Shown here: positions 30,925 to 40,410 of the stretch, one piece after another
Layout: each line of letters starts with the position of its first letter
Numbering within the stretch: position 1 is the stretch's first letter
Assembly (NCBI GenBank): GCA_014728035.1
Contig: WJMJ01000128.1
Span: forward strand, 16,139 to 80,138
DNA length: 64,000 bases
Direction: 5' to 3'
Source: Promethearchaeota archaeon
Lineage (GTDB): Archaea > Asgardarchaeota > Thorarchaeia > Thorarchaeales > Thorarchaeaceae
Program-made: the position numbers and the translations under genes
The notes under the pieces: model-generated
Seen by the model: the letters and a program-made list of their open reading frames with translations, nothing else
Told to the model about the DNA's origin: nothing
The model's database searches: none

Positions 30925-30990
30925 GAAGCAGGGCTCCTCGGGGGGGCACCCCTGCTGTGGGGGGGTGAAATCCCTGCTTCACCTTTTTGT
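30925..30990. other. GC-rich structured intergenic element (multi-stem; T-tract on + strand)
   Basis: GAAGCAGGG (30925-33) pairs with CCCTGCTTC (30972-80); internal CACCCC/GGGGTG and CTCC/GGGG stems; two G7 tracts. Confidence 0.55.
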
Positions 30991-30993
30991 TCT

Positions 30994-32220
30994 CTATAAT
31001 CCACTTACTGCAATTGCTTTCATATAACCAATACCGATTTTTAGTACCATCGGTAAGAAGTTACTGAATAAATTCATGTATGTAGAAACTCCAGCAGTCC
31101 CTTGAATAAGTTCATTCAAAGTTTTTGCATCTAATTCCTCAAGTACAATCTCCGCTGCTGAAATAGGATCATTGAACATCGCATATTTAGAAACAGCCCA
31201 CATACCTTTACCAGTTTGAGTAATGTTGTATGCAAGTTTTGAAGCACGATATTCTTTCTCATATTGCTTGACACTCTTTGCGGAATAATCTCCCTCATCA
31301 GCCATTCGTTTGGCATGTTTTGCAAGCATGATACCAGCATGGAAACAGGTAGTGACACCACCACCCACAATCGAAGATACTTGACCAGCAGAATTACCGC
31401 ATAGAGCAACTCCTGCATTAGTAAATCGAGGAATAATTCCAGCACATGGGACAACGCCACCATTTACCGCAACAATTCTAGCATTCTTGGTTTCTTCGTG
31501 GGTACGCATATATTTTCGCAGTACATCTTTCATTGGTGGAAGTTTATTCCATTCTTCAACAGAGGATGGTACTCGACCAATTCCAAGGTTAACTTCCGTT
31601 TCACTTCGAGGATACATCCAGAGATAGCCGAGACCTACGTCTTTACCAACATAGAAGTAAGCAACATTTGGATCAACATCTTTGCAACCTGCAAGCTTGA
31701 ATCGGTATCCATAACTCAGCAACCACTTAGGATGGGTAAAGCCTGCAGTTTCTGAAACTCTACTGAACGATCCATCAGCACCGACAGTAAGTGATGCATT
31801 GATTGTTTCACCTTGGTTATATTTCACACCCGAAACAAAACCATCATCTTTAATTACAGAAGAAACACGTGAATTGAATTTGAAATCTGCCCCATCAGAT
31901 TCAGCTCTTTCACGCATTAGCTCTTGGCATTTATCTTCATCTAACAAGTAGGAATTACCAAGTAGTGTACGGTCAACGACAATATTGGAACCCGTATCAA
32001 GACTTTCTCCAACTATAGAGGTGTATTTGTTTCCAACATACTCTGAAGTTGGTTGAACCCGTAAAAATCGTAATGCTTTGTCAGTTACGAGCTCACCCAT
32101 CAATGAGTCAGTCTCTTTTTTTCGTTTTTCTAAAACAGTAATGTCAAGTCCATGGTCTGCCATTCGCCAGGCTGACATGAGACCAGCGGGACCAGTTCCT
32201 GCTATTATCGCATCTTTCAT
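30994..32220 (-). CDS. Geranylgeranyl reductase family FAD-dependent oxidoreductase
   Basis: IAGTGPAG, VGADG, GYLWMYP, NLGIG, GNSAGQV...GGG. Confidence 0.85.
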   Translation of the reverse strand: MKDAIIAGTGPAGLMSAWRMADHGLDITVLEKRKKETDSLMGELVTDKALRFLRVQPTSEYVGNKYTSIVGESLDTGSNIVVDRTLLGNSYLLDEDKCQELMRERAESDGADFKFNSRVSSVIKDDGFVSGVKYNQGETINASLTVGADGSFSRVSETAGFTHPKWLLSYGYRFKLAGCKDVDPNVAYFYVGKDVGLGYLWMYPRSETEVNLGIGRVPSSVEEWNKLPPMKDVLRKYMRTHEETKNARIVAVNGGVVPCAGIIPRFTNAGVALCGNSAGQVSSIVGGGVTTCFHAGIMLAKHAKRMADEGDYSAKSVKQYEKEYRASKLAYNITQTGKGMWAVSKYAMFNDPISAAEIVLEELDAKTLNELIQGTAGVSTYMNLFSNFLPMVLKIGIGYMKAIAVSGL

Positions 32221-32360
32221 TGTTCTTCACCAAGAATGCTTCTTGGATTTCGCAGAAAGAGTCCTCTATATCTCTTTTCCCTTGGTGAATATTTCCTCTA
32301 GTAACTAACTTATAGGGAGGTGTAAATGACAAAGACGAGTAAATTTGATGATGTGAAACC

Positions 32361-33221
32361 ATGAAAGCAAAGAGTATCGCTTATTCCATATACATGATTG
32401 TATCGATTCTATTTAGCTTCATGGTGGCATCCTTGATACCAATATTCATGTGGATGGTGTTCTACGAAAATATTGATCGAGTTATAGATGCAATGGGTTG
32501 GCCTTTTGTGAACTTTGAAGGTTTCATTCTTGACCTATTTGGACATCTACTACCTCAATTTGCTTTCGATCGGTTTTGGTTTCTGATATTCTTAGTTCCA
32601 ATGACCTTGATATGTTATGGATTCTTTCTTGGTTTTCTTATCGGTATGTTCAAGTTATCACGAAGAGGCATTCCGTTTTTGGAAGATGGATACTATCCTA
32701 TGGAAACGGAAAAATGGCTGTTGTATGAATACTACGAAGTTTACTATATTATGCTACCGTATTTTGCTTGGTTCTTCAGCGTGTTCTTAGACACAAAACC
32801 TCGACACACTCTATTTGGTGCTAAAATTGGTTCTAACACAGTAGTTGGTAGTGGAAGGTTGTTCAATCCAGAACGAACCGAAATTGGAAACGATTGTTTC
32901 TTTGGATATGATGCCATTGTGAGTGGGCATGTGTATGAAGGAGATAGACTCTACTTGAAGAAGGTAAAAATAGGTAACAATGTTACAGTAGGTGCTAATG
33001 CGGTCATCCTTGCAGGGGCAGTCATTGGAGATAATGTTATTGTGGGAGCAAATTCAGTCGTTCCAAAAAACCGAGAGATTCCACCAGATACGATTTGGGT
33101 ACATGGAAAAGCGATACCCAGGAAGTCTCGAAGAATAAAGCCAACAGATGCGGGAGTGGTGAAAGAACCAGCTGCTGAGGAAGACCTGACCGATGATGAA
33201 CTTACAGAAATAGATGACTAG
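32361..33221 (+). CDS. Membrane protein with left-handed beta-helix (hexapeptide) acyltransferase domain
   Basis: Two or three TM segments, then GAKIG...VKIGNNVTVGANAVILAGAVIGDNVIVGANSVV. Confidence 0.85.
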   Translation: MKAKSIAYSIYMIVSILFSFMVASLIPIFMWMVFYENIDRVIDAMGWPFVNFEGFILDLFGHLLPQFAFDRFWFLIFLVPMTLICYGFFLGFLIGMFKLSRRGIPFLEDGYYPMETEKWLLYEYYEVYYIMLPYFAWFFSVFLDTKPRHTLFGAKIGSNTVVGSGRLFNPERTEIGNDCFFGYDAIVSGHVYEGDRLYLKKVKIGNNVTVGANAVILAGAVIGDNVIVGANSVVPKNREIPPDTIWVHGKAIPRKSRRIKPTDAGVVKEPAAEEDLTDDELTEIDD

Positions 33222-33287
33222 AACACTTCATTCCATATTTCTAACAGATATTGGACAAGGCTAATATCACTCAAAAGGAGTGACTTA

Positions 33288-33707
33288 TTGAGAGAGATTG
33301 CTTTGCGTCTTCTAATGTTTCATGTTGAAAACTTTTGGTATAATCCTCACAATCCGCAGAATCCAGATATCCGAAACGAGCGGTTGGCCTTTGACGAATC
33401 AATCCTTGTTTGGATTCAAGCAGAAGAAAAGGACGAAGAAGAACGCACGAAAGTACTCCGAAAAATGGTCAAAAATATCCGATGGCTTAGCAAGAAATTG
33501 AATTGTAATAGCATAATTTTACATTCATTTGCACATCTAGGTGATAGTAAATCCTCACCCGAATTTGCAGACGAAGTTATTGAAGAAACGATGAAGCGTC
33601 TAGTGGATCGAGACTACAAAGTCCACATTGTTCCATTCGGAATATTCAATGAATTCCAGATGCATGTCAAAGGACCATCTCTTGCAAAAGTATTCAAGCA
33701 ATTCTAG
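33288..33707 (+). CDS. Stand-alone archaeal-type threonyl-tRNA synthetase editing domain
   Basis: LRLLMFH...EEKDE...HSFAHL...PFG..NEFQMHVKGPSLAKVFK matches the archaeal ThrRS N-terminal editing domain. Confidence 0.8.
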   Translation: MREIALRLLMFHVENFWYNPHNPQNPDIRNERLAFDESILVWIQAEEKDEEERTKVLRKMVKNIRWLSKKLNCNSIILHSFAHLGDSKSSPEFADEVIEETMKRLVDRDYKVHIVPFGIFNEFQMHVKGPSLAKVFKQF

Positions 33708-33742
33708 GCGATTATATCAGTTGATACAGATAGGTAAGTAGA

Positions 33743-35161
33743 ATGTCCGATACAAAACCAAAATACACTCCAAGAGGGTATCAAGAGTATATCCTTGATA
33801 GAATTGACGAGTACAAAGAAAGTAATCTGTTACTTGAACTTGACTGTGGTCTTGGAAAGAGGTTCATCACTCATCAGCTAGTAGTGGACCGATATCCAGA
33901 TGCTAGATTCATAATAATTGTTCACTCATCATCATCTTTAGCTGAAACAGTAGACTACCTCAAAGGAGAATATGGTGGTCTCGAAGAAGATTTAGGTGAA
34001 ATATCTTCTAGAGTGAGATCAGGAATTCGTAAATGGATTTTGAAAGAAAAAAGAGTTGTTGTTGCAACACCCCAGACACTTACAAATATAGTCAAACGAG
34101 ATCCGGAAGTGCTTGATGATTTCGATATATTCCTGATAAATGAAGTTGATACACTAGTTCGAAGAACAAGTGGACGTACAGCACTGGTATTCCCTTGGCC
34201 CACTCTTTTAGCTCATTTGAGAGATAAATGGGTAATTGGAATGAGTGGAACACTCAGAGATGACCATGCAGTCTTTACAAGGGAACAAGTTGAGATAAGA
34301 AAAGAGCTCAACACATTGAAAAAATACATCAAGAATTCTCAAGTCATTTCAATGGAAGACCTCTATGGTACAGATGTAGAACAGTATCTCGAACCCACCT
34401 TTCTAACGATGAAACGTGTCGTGGATGTACGAATAAGGTCGATATCAAAAGTGTTAGACGAGTTGATACGTACTACTAGGTCAGAGATATTTCACGAGTT
34501 GGGGGAGGAGGACAGTTTGCACCTTATTGATGGTGATGCAAGAAGAGTGCACATGATGCTTGAAAGACTACCAATTACAGAGGAGCTCAAAAGCAGATAT
34601 TCAGGTCTTCTTATGTTGAGAAAGTATGTATTTGCTATGCCGCCAAAAAGATTCCTGAGAATGTTCTACAATGACTATATGAAACACTACTTCAATGTGA
34701 GTGAGCTCCAACGAGTTTTGCCTACAATATCAGCTAAAGTAACAAAGGCACACAAGATAGCTGCGAAACATCAAAAGACCCTCATATTATCATCCTATCT
34801 AAGTATGGTCAAACAAGTCAAGCAAGTATTTGAAAAGTCTGGAATGCCAGTTCTTACAATCACAGGAAAGACCAGAGATAAAGGAGAGGTCTTACGAGAA
34901 TTCAAAGAGAATCCAGAAATTAGAGCGTTGGCAATGTCTCCAGTAGGAGAACGAGACCTCGATATTCCTCAAGCAGAAATTATGGTGATTATGGATGCAA
35001 TCAACACCAGTAAAACAATGTATCAAAAATTTAAGAGGACACGAGGAGGAGTCGTTGTACTTCTGGCATATGCCGGGACATCAGAAGAAATGAAGATGCA
35101 GCGACTCATGGACAACATCTTGAAGAAGTATCCATGGTCTACTGCAATACTTGATGAATAA
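33743..35161 (+). CDS. Hef/ERCC4-type SF2 helicase-like protein with degenerate motifs
   Basis: Q-motif PRGYQ, LDCGLGKR, VATPQ, INEVD, MSGT, ITGK, VGERDLDIP, YQKFKRT. Confidence 0.75.
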   Translation: MSDTKPKYTPRGYQEYILDRIDEYKESNLLLELDCGLGKRFITHQLVVDRYPDARFIIIVHSSSSLAETVDYLKGEYGGLEEDLGEISSRVRSGIRKWILKEKRVVVATPQTLTNIVKRDPEVLDDFDIFLINEVDTLVRRTSGRTALVFPWPTLLAHLRDKWVIGMSGTLRDDHAVFTREQVEIRKELNTLKKYIKNSQVISMEDLYGTDVEQYLEPTFLTMKRVVDVRIRSISKVLDELIRTTRSEIFHELGEEDSLHLIDGDARRVHMMLERLPITEELKSRYSGLLMLRKYVFAMPPKRFLRMFYNDYMKHYFNVSELQRVLPTISAKVTKAHKIAAKHQKTLILSSYLSMVKQVKQVFEKSGMPVLTITGKTRDKGEVLREFKENPEIRALAMSPVGERDLDIPQAEIMVIMDAINTSKTMYQKFKRTRGGVVVLLAYAGTSEEMKMQRLMDNILKKYPWSTAILDE

Positions 35162-35169
35162 ACTAGAAA

Positions 35170-36081
35170 CTAGGTTTCAGCAACAAAAACCGATGAGAAT
35201 AGGTCAAAGAGAGGTTCGAGGAACGAAGGTTCCAAATCGCTGTATACATGACGACACATTGCAATGAAATTCTGTGTCCGCTCCTCAGCATCTATTCCAC
35301 TTTCAAGAACTTTCTTTGACTTCTTTGTCAGACTCTTCGTTATGGATTTGGCGTTCTTGTGCTCACCCAAGAGTTTCTTTGTGTCTTGTTCAATACGTTG
35401 AATTTGGCTTTTAATCCGAATATCTGCGAGTTTATCTGTGCCCATAGATTTCACCAAGTCCATCAACACATCTAGAATAGCATTGTGAAGACCAGATGAA
35501 AGAGATTCTATCTCGTAGGCTGTAAATTTTACGCCACTGCCATCTACTCCAAGAGACCATTTCAAGTCACTCGTGCGTTTGATCCATAGTTCTTTTTGAC
35601 CAATGTGAATGTGTTCTTCAAAGAATTTACTATCAAGACTCGATGCTAATGACACTTTCAATAATGCCGCTTCTGGAAGACGAAGGCTGATTGAGTCTGA
35701 GTTGTTTTTAACGATCACACATTTTCCACCGCTAAGGGGAATTTTATGAGCATAGTCCGAGGAAGGAGCAACTTCTATTGGTGGGAGGTTTTTCAATAGA
35801 TTGGCTAGTTCTCTAATCTCACTTTCCGTACATATGAAAGATTGCCCATCACCAGAAACAGTAATCATACCTTCATCAGAACGCTCAAACTCAATTTTGT
35901 TTCCACTTCCCACATCAGTAGTCTTTTTGTAGGTCTGCTTATAATTTCGTGCAGTTTGTGCGAGTTTGTCTAATGCAGCTGAAATCATATGAGCTTCGCC
36001 GTATCCTATAGCAATCTCCTCTTCACCAGATGATCCGCGACCTATTCCAACAGCACCATCAGTCCTTATCTTTACATACAT
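35170..36081 (-). CDS. Hypothetical protein with four internal beta-beta-beta-alpha repeats
   Basis: 303-aa ORF with protein-like composition; repeats visible (see findings). Confidence 0.75.
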   Translation of the reverse strand: MYVKIRTDGAVGIGRGSSGEEEIAIGYGEAHMISAALDKLAQTARNYKQTYKKTTDVGSGNKIEFERSDEGMITVSGDGQSFICTESEIRELANLLKNLPPIEVAPSSDYAHKIPLSGGKCVIVKNNSDSISLRLPEAALLKVSLASSLDSKFFEEHIHIGQKELWIKRTSDLKWSLGVDGSGVKFTAYEIESLSSGLHNAILDVLMDLVKSMGTDKLADIRIKSQIQRIEQDTKKLLGEHKNAKSITKSLTKKSKKVLESGIDAEERTQNFIAMCRHVYSDLEPSFLEPLFDLFSSVFVAET

Positions 36082-36145
36082 CGTTGAATACCACTAAAGA
36101 ACGAGTATTCTTTACTCAAAACTATTGTGTATGTAATAATAAATA

Positions 36146-36182
36146 GAAAAAGAAGGAGTCTGCAGAAGGATGATCTTCTGCA
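36146..36182 (-). terminator. Hairpin terminator after 36191..36550
   Basis: TGCAGAAG-6nt-CTTCTGCA (36161-36182) followed on the minus strand by CTTCTTTTTC. Confidence 0.6.
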
Positions 36183-36190
36183 TTACTGAT

Positions 36191-36550
36191 TTAAATCGAA
36201 TCTTTGACATCAAAAGCTAGATTTCCAGCTTCTTTTGTTTTTATTGAGATGTCAATTTTATGTTCGCCTTCTTCTAGTTGTTCTGCATGAATGTGAATTG
36301 CAATCTCAACACCAACTTTAATTGGAAAAGCATTACTCTCTGAAATTTCTGAAGCCATGACCTCAGCATCACCAGATTTCACATGAATAGTTTCTAGCGG
36401 ATATTCAGTCCCATCTACTTTGATTGGAGTCATGCCAATTGCTGTGCCTGCAGAAAGAGAATTTTTTATTTTAAAGACGAAGCCATCATCAGTGTTCTCT
36501 AAGCTTCCTTTCACGTAAAGCTTTCTTAGCAAGAATTTCGGTATTTGCAT
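36191..36550 (-). CDS. Conserved small beta-sandwich protein
   Basis: IPKFLLRKLYVKGSLEN...FKIKN...EGEHKIDI; all-beta pattern; function not assignable. Confidence 0.8.
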   Translation of the reverse strand: MQIPKFLLRKLYVKGSLENTDDGFVFKIKNSLSAGTAIGMTPIKVDGTEYPLETIHVKSGDAEVMASEISESNAFPIKVGVEIAIHIHAEQLEEGEHKIDISIKTKEAGNLAFDVKDSI

Positions 36551-36687
36551 ATTATTATTGACCTTCCTCTAGATTGTTTACTAATTATTTCAAAGTCGTC
36601 GTACAGCTTTTATAGGTTCCGAACCATAGAAAAAGTGTTCTGAATTGACACTTTGAGAAAGAGAAGTATTATTGGAAAATTGTTTGG

Positions 36688-37788
36688 ATGGTTCAGAACA
36701 CTGTCATAGCAGCGGGAGATAACACAGTAATGGCCGAAAAAACCGATATTGTTTCACAATTTCGTTGTCAACAATGCAATGCACCATATCCTCTGGGAGC
36801 TGATGATGTAATAGCTACATGTCCATATTGTGGTTATACATTTGAAGTTGGGGGAGATGAAATAGCATCTCATTTAATCCAGAAGAACCAGCTTTCCACG
36901 AAGAAGGTAGTAGAACTAACAAAGACCTGGTTAGAATTTGCAGCAGATAAGACTGTTGGGAAGGGGATAATGAAAGATATCAAAATAGGAAAACCCGTTC
37001 TTCAGTGGATACCGACTTTCAAAGTTGATGCGTTCTGTAGCAAGTATCATCTTGGCGGAAAAAAAATCAAAAGAGGGAATGAAAAAGTCTGGAAGAAAAT
37101 TGAAGGTTCCGAGAACACTAGGGAGAATGAATGGGTTCTGGCAAGACGCCATGCTGCATCTTTTGGTATTAGAGAATTTATTGGTACTTTAGATAATGCT
37201 GAGATACATGATTTCTCCATAGACCTAACAGACAACTTTCCTGTGCTAAATGCGGAAATAGTCATTGATGACGCTGAACGTCGAGCACATCTGTTGAAAA
37301 CACGTCGAGAGAGAGATCAATTAAAGGAAGAAATGGATGAATTATTTGATTATCGACTAACTATGGACATTAAAAATTGTGATTATATCCATGTACCATA
37401 CTGGTTAGTTCGTTACAATTACAGGAATGGAACATTTCGAGTTGCAATATCGGGGTCAACTGCTGAAGTTGTGCTTGGAGAATTACCGGTTACGAAACAA
37501 TACAGGATTAAGAAATGGGCAATCAGCTTGGGCATGCTTATTATTTCAGCACTTTCTATGCAGGCTCTGCCGTACTCGGTTTTTCTAATTGCGCTGGGAG
37601 ATGGCGACTCAGATGCGTGGATTATCCCTCTTATTATCGCAGCAATTGGAATAATGACTTTCGTGGCTGCAGTAGTTTTAGTAGCTAACGTACTGAAATA
37701 TGAAATTCAAGTTGATGCAGATGGAGAAGAGAGAGAAGAAGAGTCTGATTTGCCATTAACACTCAAAGACATTGGAGGATTTTTCTAA
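36688..37788 (+). CDS. Zn-ribbon membrane protein
   Basis: CQQC...CPYC; HVPYWLVRYNY...ISGSTAEV motif; two C-terminal TM helices. Start may be 36729. Confidence 0.8.
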   Translation: MVQNTVIAAGDNTVMAEKTDIVSQFRCQQCNAPYPLGADDVIATCPYCGYTFEVGGDEIASHLIQKNQLSTKKVVELTKTWLEFAADKTVGKGIMKDIKIGKPVLQWIPTFKVDAFCSKYHLGGKKIKRGNEKVWKKIEGSENTRENEWVLARRHAASFGIREFIGTLDNAEIHDFSIDLTDNFPVLNAEIVIDDAERRAHLLKTRRERDQLKEEMDELFDYRLTMDIKNCDYIHVPYWLVRYNYRNGTFRVAISGSTAEVVLGELPVTKQYRIKKWAISLGMLIISALSMQALPYSVFLIALGDGDSDAWIIPLIIAAIGIMTFVAAVVLVANVLKYEIQVDADGEEREEESDLPLTLKDIGGFF

Positions 37789-38765
37789 TGAGCTCGATTA
37801 ATTGCCCAAATTGTGCAGGTAATATAGAGATACCTAAACAAAGTAACACCGTCGTTTGCCCATATTGCAATACAACAGTTCAGGTGAAAACTGGAGAGAT
37901 TATCAAAGAAAGCTATCTTATGCGTCTTCAATTCGATATCAAAGCAATAAGAGAGAAAACATTTAGTTGGGCAGCAAAACAACTTGGCGCACCAGACGAT
38001 ATCGAAGAGAAGGCGGAGATAATAGAGAAGGAATTGGTCTACTGGCCTTTCTGGGTAGTCGAAGTTGAAGCTAAAGCCGAATACGGTGGAAATCAGAAGA
38101 TACCCAAGTTTGGAAGCTCAACTGGATTAACTAAGATGGGGTGGATAGAAACCTATGAAAAAGATAACCTTGACATGGAAGAAGATATTTTTGTCCCAGC
38201 AACAAAAGACACCCCTAAAGTATTAGAATCATACATTATTCCGACAAAAAGAAAGGAGTATTTTACGAAGGATACCATTCTTGAACAACAAGCTACGACT
38301 CGTCCAATTCAAGTAAATCGAGAAAATGCTATGAAACAGGCAAAGAAGAAAATGGAAAAGATTCTTCGAGATGAAGCTTATGAAGAAGTGGATGAAATCG
38401 TACATTTTAGCTCTGAAATGAATATTCCAGCGGTATTCCTAGTGCATGTTCCAATCTGGCATATAAAATACAAATATTCCATCAGAACATATGATGCAAT
38501 GATAGATGGAGCTTCAGGTCGAATTATCAAGCTCGCATTTCCACGAAAAATGGCATTCCGGGCTATGGTGTTTACTGGAGGAATACTCCATCTAGTAATT
38601 GGTGGTGGAATTGGTTTGATTCTGGCGTATGTCGGCATTTTTGTCTTGGATGGGTTATTCCCCACTATATTTGGAGCTACATTTGGTTTGGGTATGCTAG
38701 CATTCAGCCTACGATTTTTCAGAACCGCAATTACACTCGAATCGGAGGAAGAAATCGCAAGCTAA
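37788..38765 (+). CDS. Zn-ribbon membrane protein (paralog of the upstream gene)
   Basis: CPNC...CPYC; HVPIWHIKYKY...IDGASGRI; two TM helices; TAATG coupling to the upstream gene. Confidence 0.8.
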   Translation: MSSINCPNCAGNIEIPKQSNTVVCPYCNTTVQVKTGEIIKESYLMRLQFDIKAIREKTFSWAAKQLGAPDDIEEKAEIIEKELVYWPFWVVEVEAKAEYGGNQKIPKFGSSTGLTKMGWIETYEKDNLDMEEDIFVPATKDTPKVLESYIIPTKRKEYFTKDTILEQQATTRPIQVNRENAMKQAKKKMEKILRDEAYEEVDEIVHFSSEMNIPAVFLVHVPIWHIKYKYSIRTYDAMIDGASGRIIKLAFPRKMAFRAMVFTGGILHLVIGGGIGLILAYVGIFVLDGLFPTIFGATFGLGMLAFSLRFFRTAITLESEEEIAS

Positions 38766-38790
38766 CCTGTAGATGAAAATCGCAAGAAGA

Positions 38791-40410
38791 TTATAGTGAA
38801 TCAAGATGGTCAAACCATCTTGTTGTATCTCGACTAGCTGGCATCCATGCCCCAGTTCGATCATCCCAATCATCTATCCATAGTGCTAGATGGTATGCAC
38901 CATGATATCGTTGACCAAGAACATGAATCTCAGGAGGTGGGGTCAGCTTTGCCATAGCAGATGCGAATCCATGAATACCACCTTGAGGGAGAAAGGTGCG
39001 CATCAATAAACGGTTAGTAGTATCAAAGTCAACATATGCAACAGGTAATCTAAGAGATAATGCACCACATATCTTCGCTGTATCAGGATTGTTTGCAATG
39101 ACCAGTGCGGATTCGTTTAATCCTACATGATGTATCTCCCAAATTTTTCTTATCACATCTTCATCTTTTAGTCTGCTCAATCTAGTAGTGATATCAGATG
39201 ACCGTCCACGTATTTCTTTTCGGAGTTCTCGAACTGTTTTGTATCCTTTTTCAAATGCAGATAGTAAACGAATATCTCTTTCATCCAAATCAACTGGAGA
39301 AGGGGCATCTTCTGTTACTAGAGGAAAAACAGGAGCCCACTCATCCCTCTGCAATAAATCAGATTCAAGAGATATCGCATTCCAATCCATCCGCCAGATT
39401 CCATTGTCGGGGTCATAAGAGTCCAAACTAATTGTCCGAGCAGACCGATGACGTTCAAAGACATTTACGAATATGCCAATACGCTTTACCGATTGGATAA
39501 ACCTGTGAAGATCAAGAATATTCTCGGAGTTATCAGGTATCGCTAAAGTAGCAAAAAGACCTCTCTTTCCAGTTACTACCGCATTTGAAGTGTATAGATA
39601 GGGACACCAATTTAGAACACTTACGCAATCAGAATAAGACGCTTGTCCAGGTTCCAGTACAACTTGAAAGACTCTGATTCCGATTTTAGAATAGACAACA
39701 GACTCGAATTCTCTTAGTTGTCTGCGTTTTTTCATTGCTGAAATTAATGTGCTGACCCATACCTGAGATATATCTGCTCTTTTTCCAATTTCGGTCTTTG
39801 AAATTTCTGGATTGCGCATCAATTCATCAATTATAGTGATTTCTGCTGAAGATAAAGCGCTTGAATAATTGCTTGCAAACCGATACAAGAAAAGCTGCCA
39901 ATCGGAGATGGTGAGGTCAATCCCATAACGAGAATTTTTCAATATTGAATCCACCAACTCATCCAAGGCATCCTCACCATCAAGATTGTAGAGAGAGGCA
40001 AAAGTCATTGATGGAGAATATACTGTCTGATGAGATGTGTCAATAGGAGGTTTGGTTTCATTCCATAAGGAATACCAAGTTTTAGATTGTTTTACAAATT
40101 CTCTACCAAAAGCAGCGGCGAGATTGTAACATACTTCATTGTTTTTGATAATTTTCAGAAGTGAGCAACGTAGAATTTCACGTGCTAACACCCCTCGAAG
40201 GAAAGGATGTTTTTGAAAATCACATTCTGGAACAAGTATCCGATCATTATCCAAAGATATCCTCCATAATGATTCAGGTGTAGAGTTCATATTCGCATCA
40301 AAATCTATTGTTGGAGATATAGGTGGAATATGAAACCGCTCAATAATAATTTGTTTAATATCTTCCAACCATTTTCTTAGCAGGTCTGCTGAATTCTCGT
40401 CGTGTCCCAT
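38791..40410 (-). CDS. Large wHTH regulator with tandem Lrp/AsnC-like modules
   Basis: HTH1 EISKTEIGKRADISQVWVSTLISAM...VYSKIGI; HTH2 TVRELRKEIRGRSSDITTRLSRLKDEDVI. Confidence 0.72.
   Translation of the reverse strand: MGHDENSADLLRKWLEDIKQIIIERFHIPPISPTIDFDANMNSTPESLWRISLDNDRILVPECDFQKHPFLRGVLAREILRCSLLKIIKNNEVCYNLAAAFGREFVKQSKTWYSLWNETKPPIDTSHQTVYSPSMTFASLYNLDGEDALDELVDSILKNSRYGIDLTISDWQLFLYRFASNYSSALSSAEITIIDELMRNPEISKTEIGKRADISQVWVSTLISAMKKRRQLREFESVVYSKIGIRVFQVVLEPGQASYSDCVSVLNWCPYLYTSNAVVTGKRGLFATLAIPDNSENILDLHRFIQSVKRIGIFVNVFERHRSARTISLDSYDPDNGIWRMDWNAISLESDLLQRDEWAPVFPLVTEDAPSPVDLDERDIRLLSAFEKGYKTVRELRKEIRGRSSDITTRLSRLKDEDVIRKIWEIHHVGLNESALVIANNPDTAKICGALSLRLPVAYVDFDTTNRLLMRTFLPQGGIHGFASAMAKLTPPPEIHVLGQRYHGAYHLALWIDDWDDRTGAWMPASRDTTRWFDHLDSL

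Noticed and set aside
30925-30980. SECIS element, tRNA or cobalamin riboswitch interpretation of the GC-rich element
   Set aside because: No in-frame UGA in adjacent genes, no cloverleaf or TTC loop, and no B12-box; retained only as an unclassified structure.
30888-30999. Short plus-strand ORFs (26 and 32 aa) across the GC-rich element
   Set aside because: No SD or coding signal; the composition is explained by the stems and G tracts.
36191-36550. HMG-CoA reductase label sometimes attached to this family
   Set aside because: Only 119 aa with none of the HMGR catalytic motifs.
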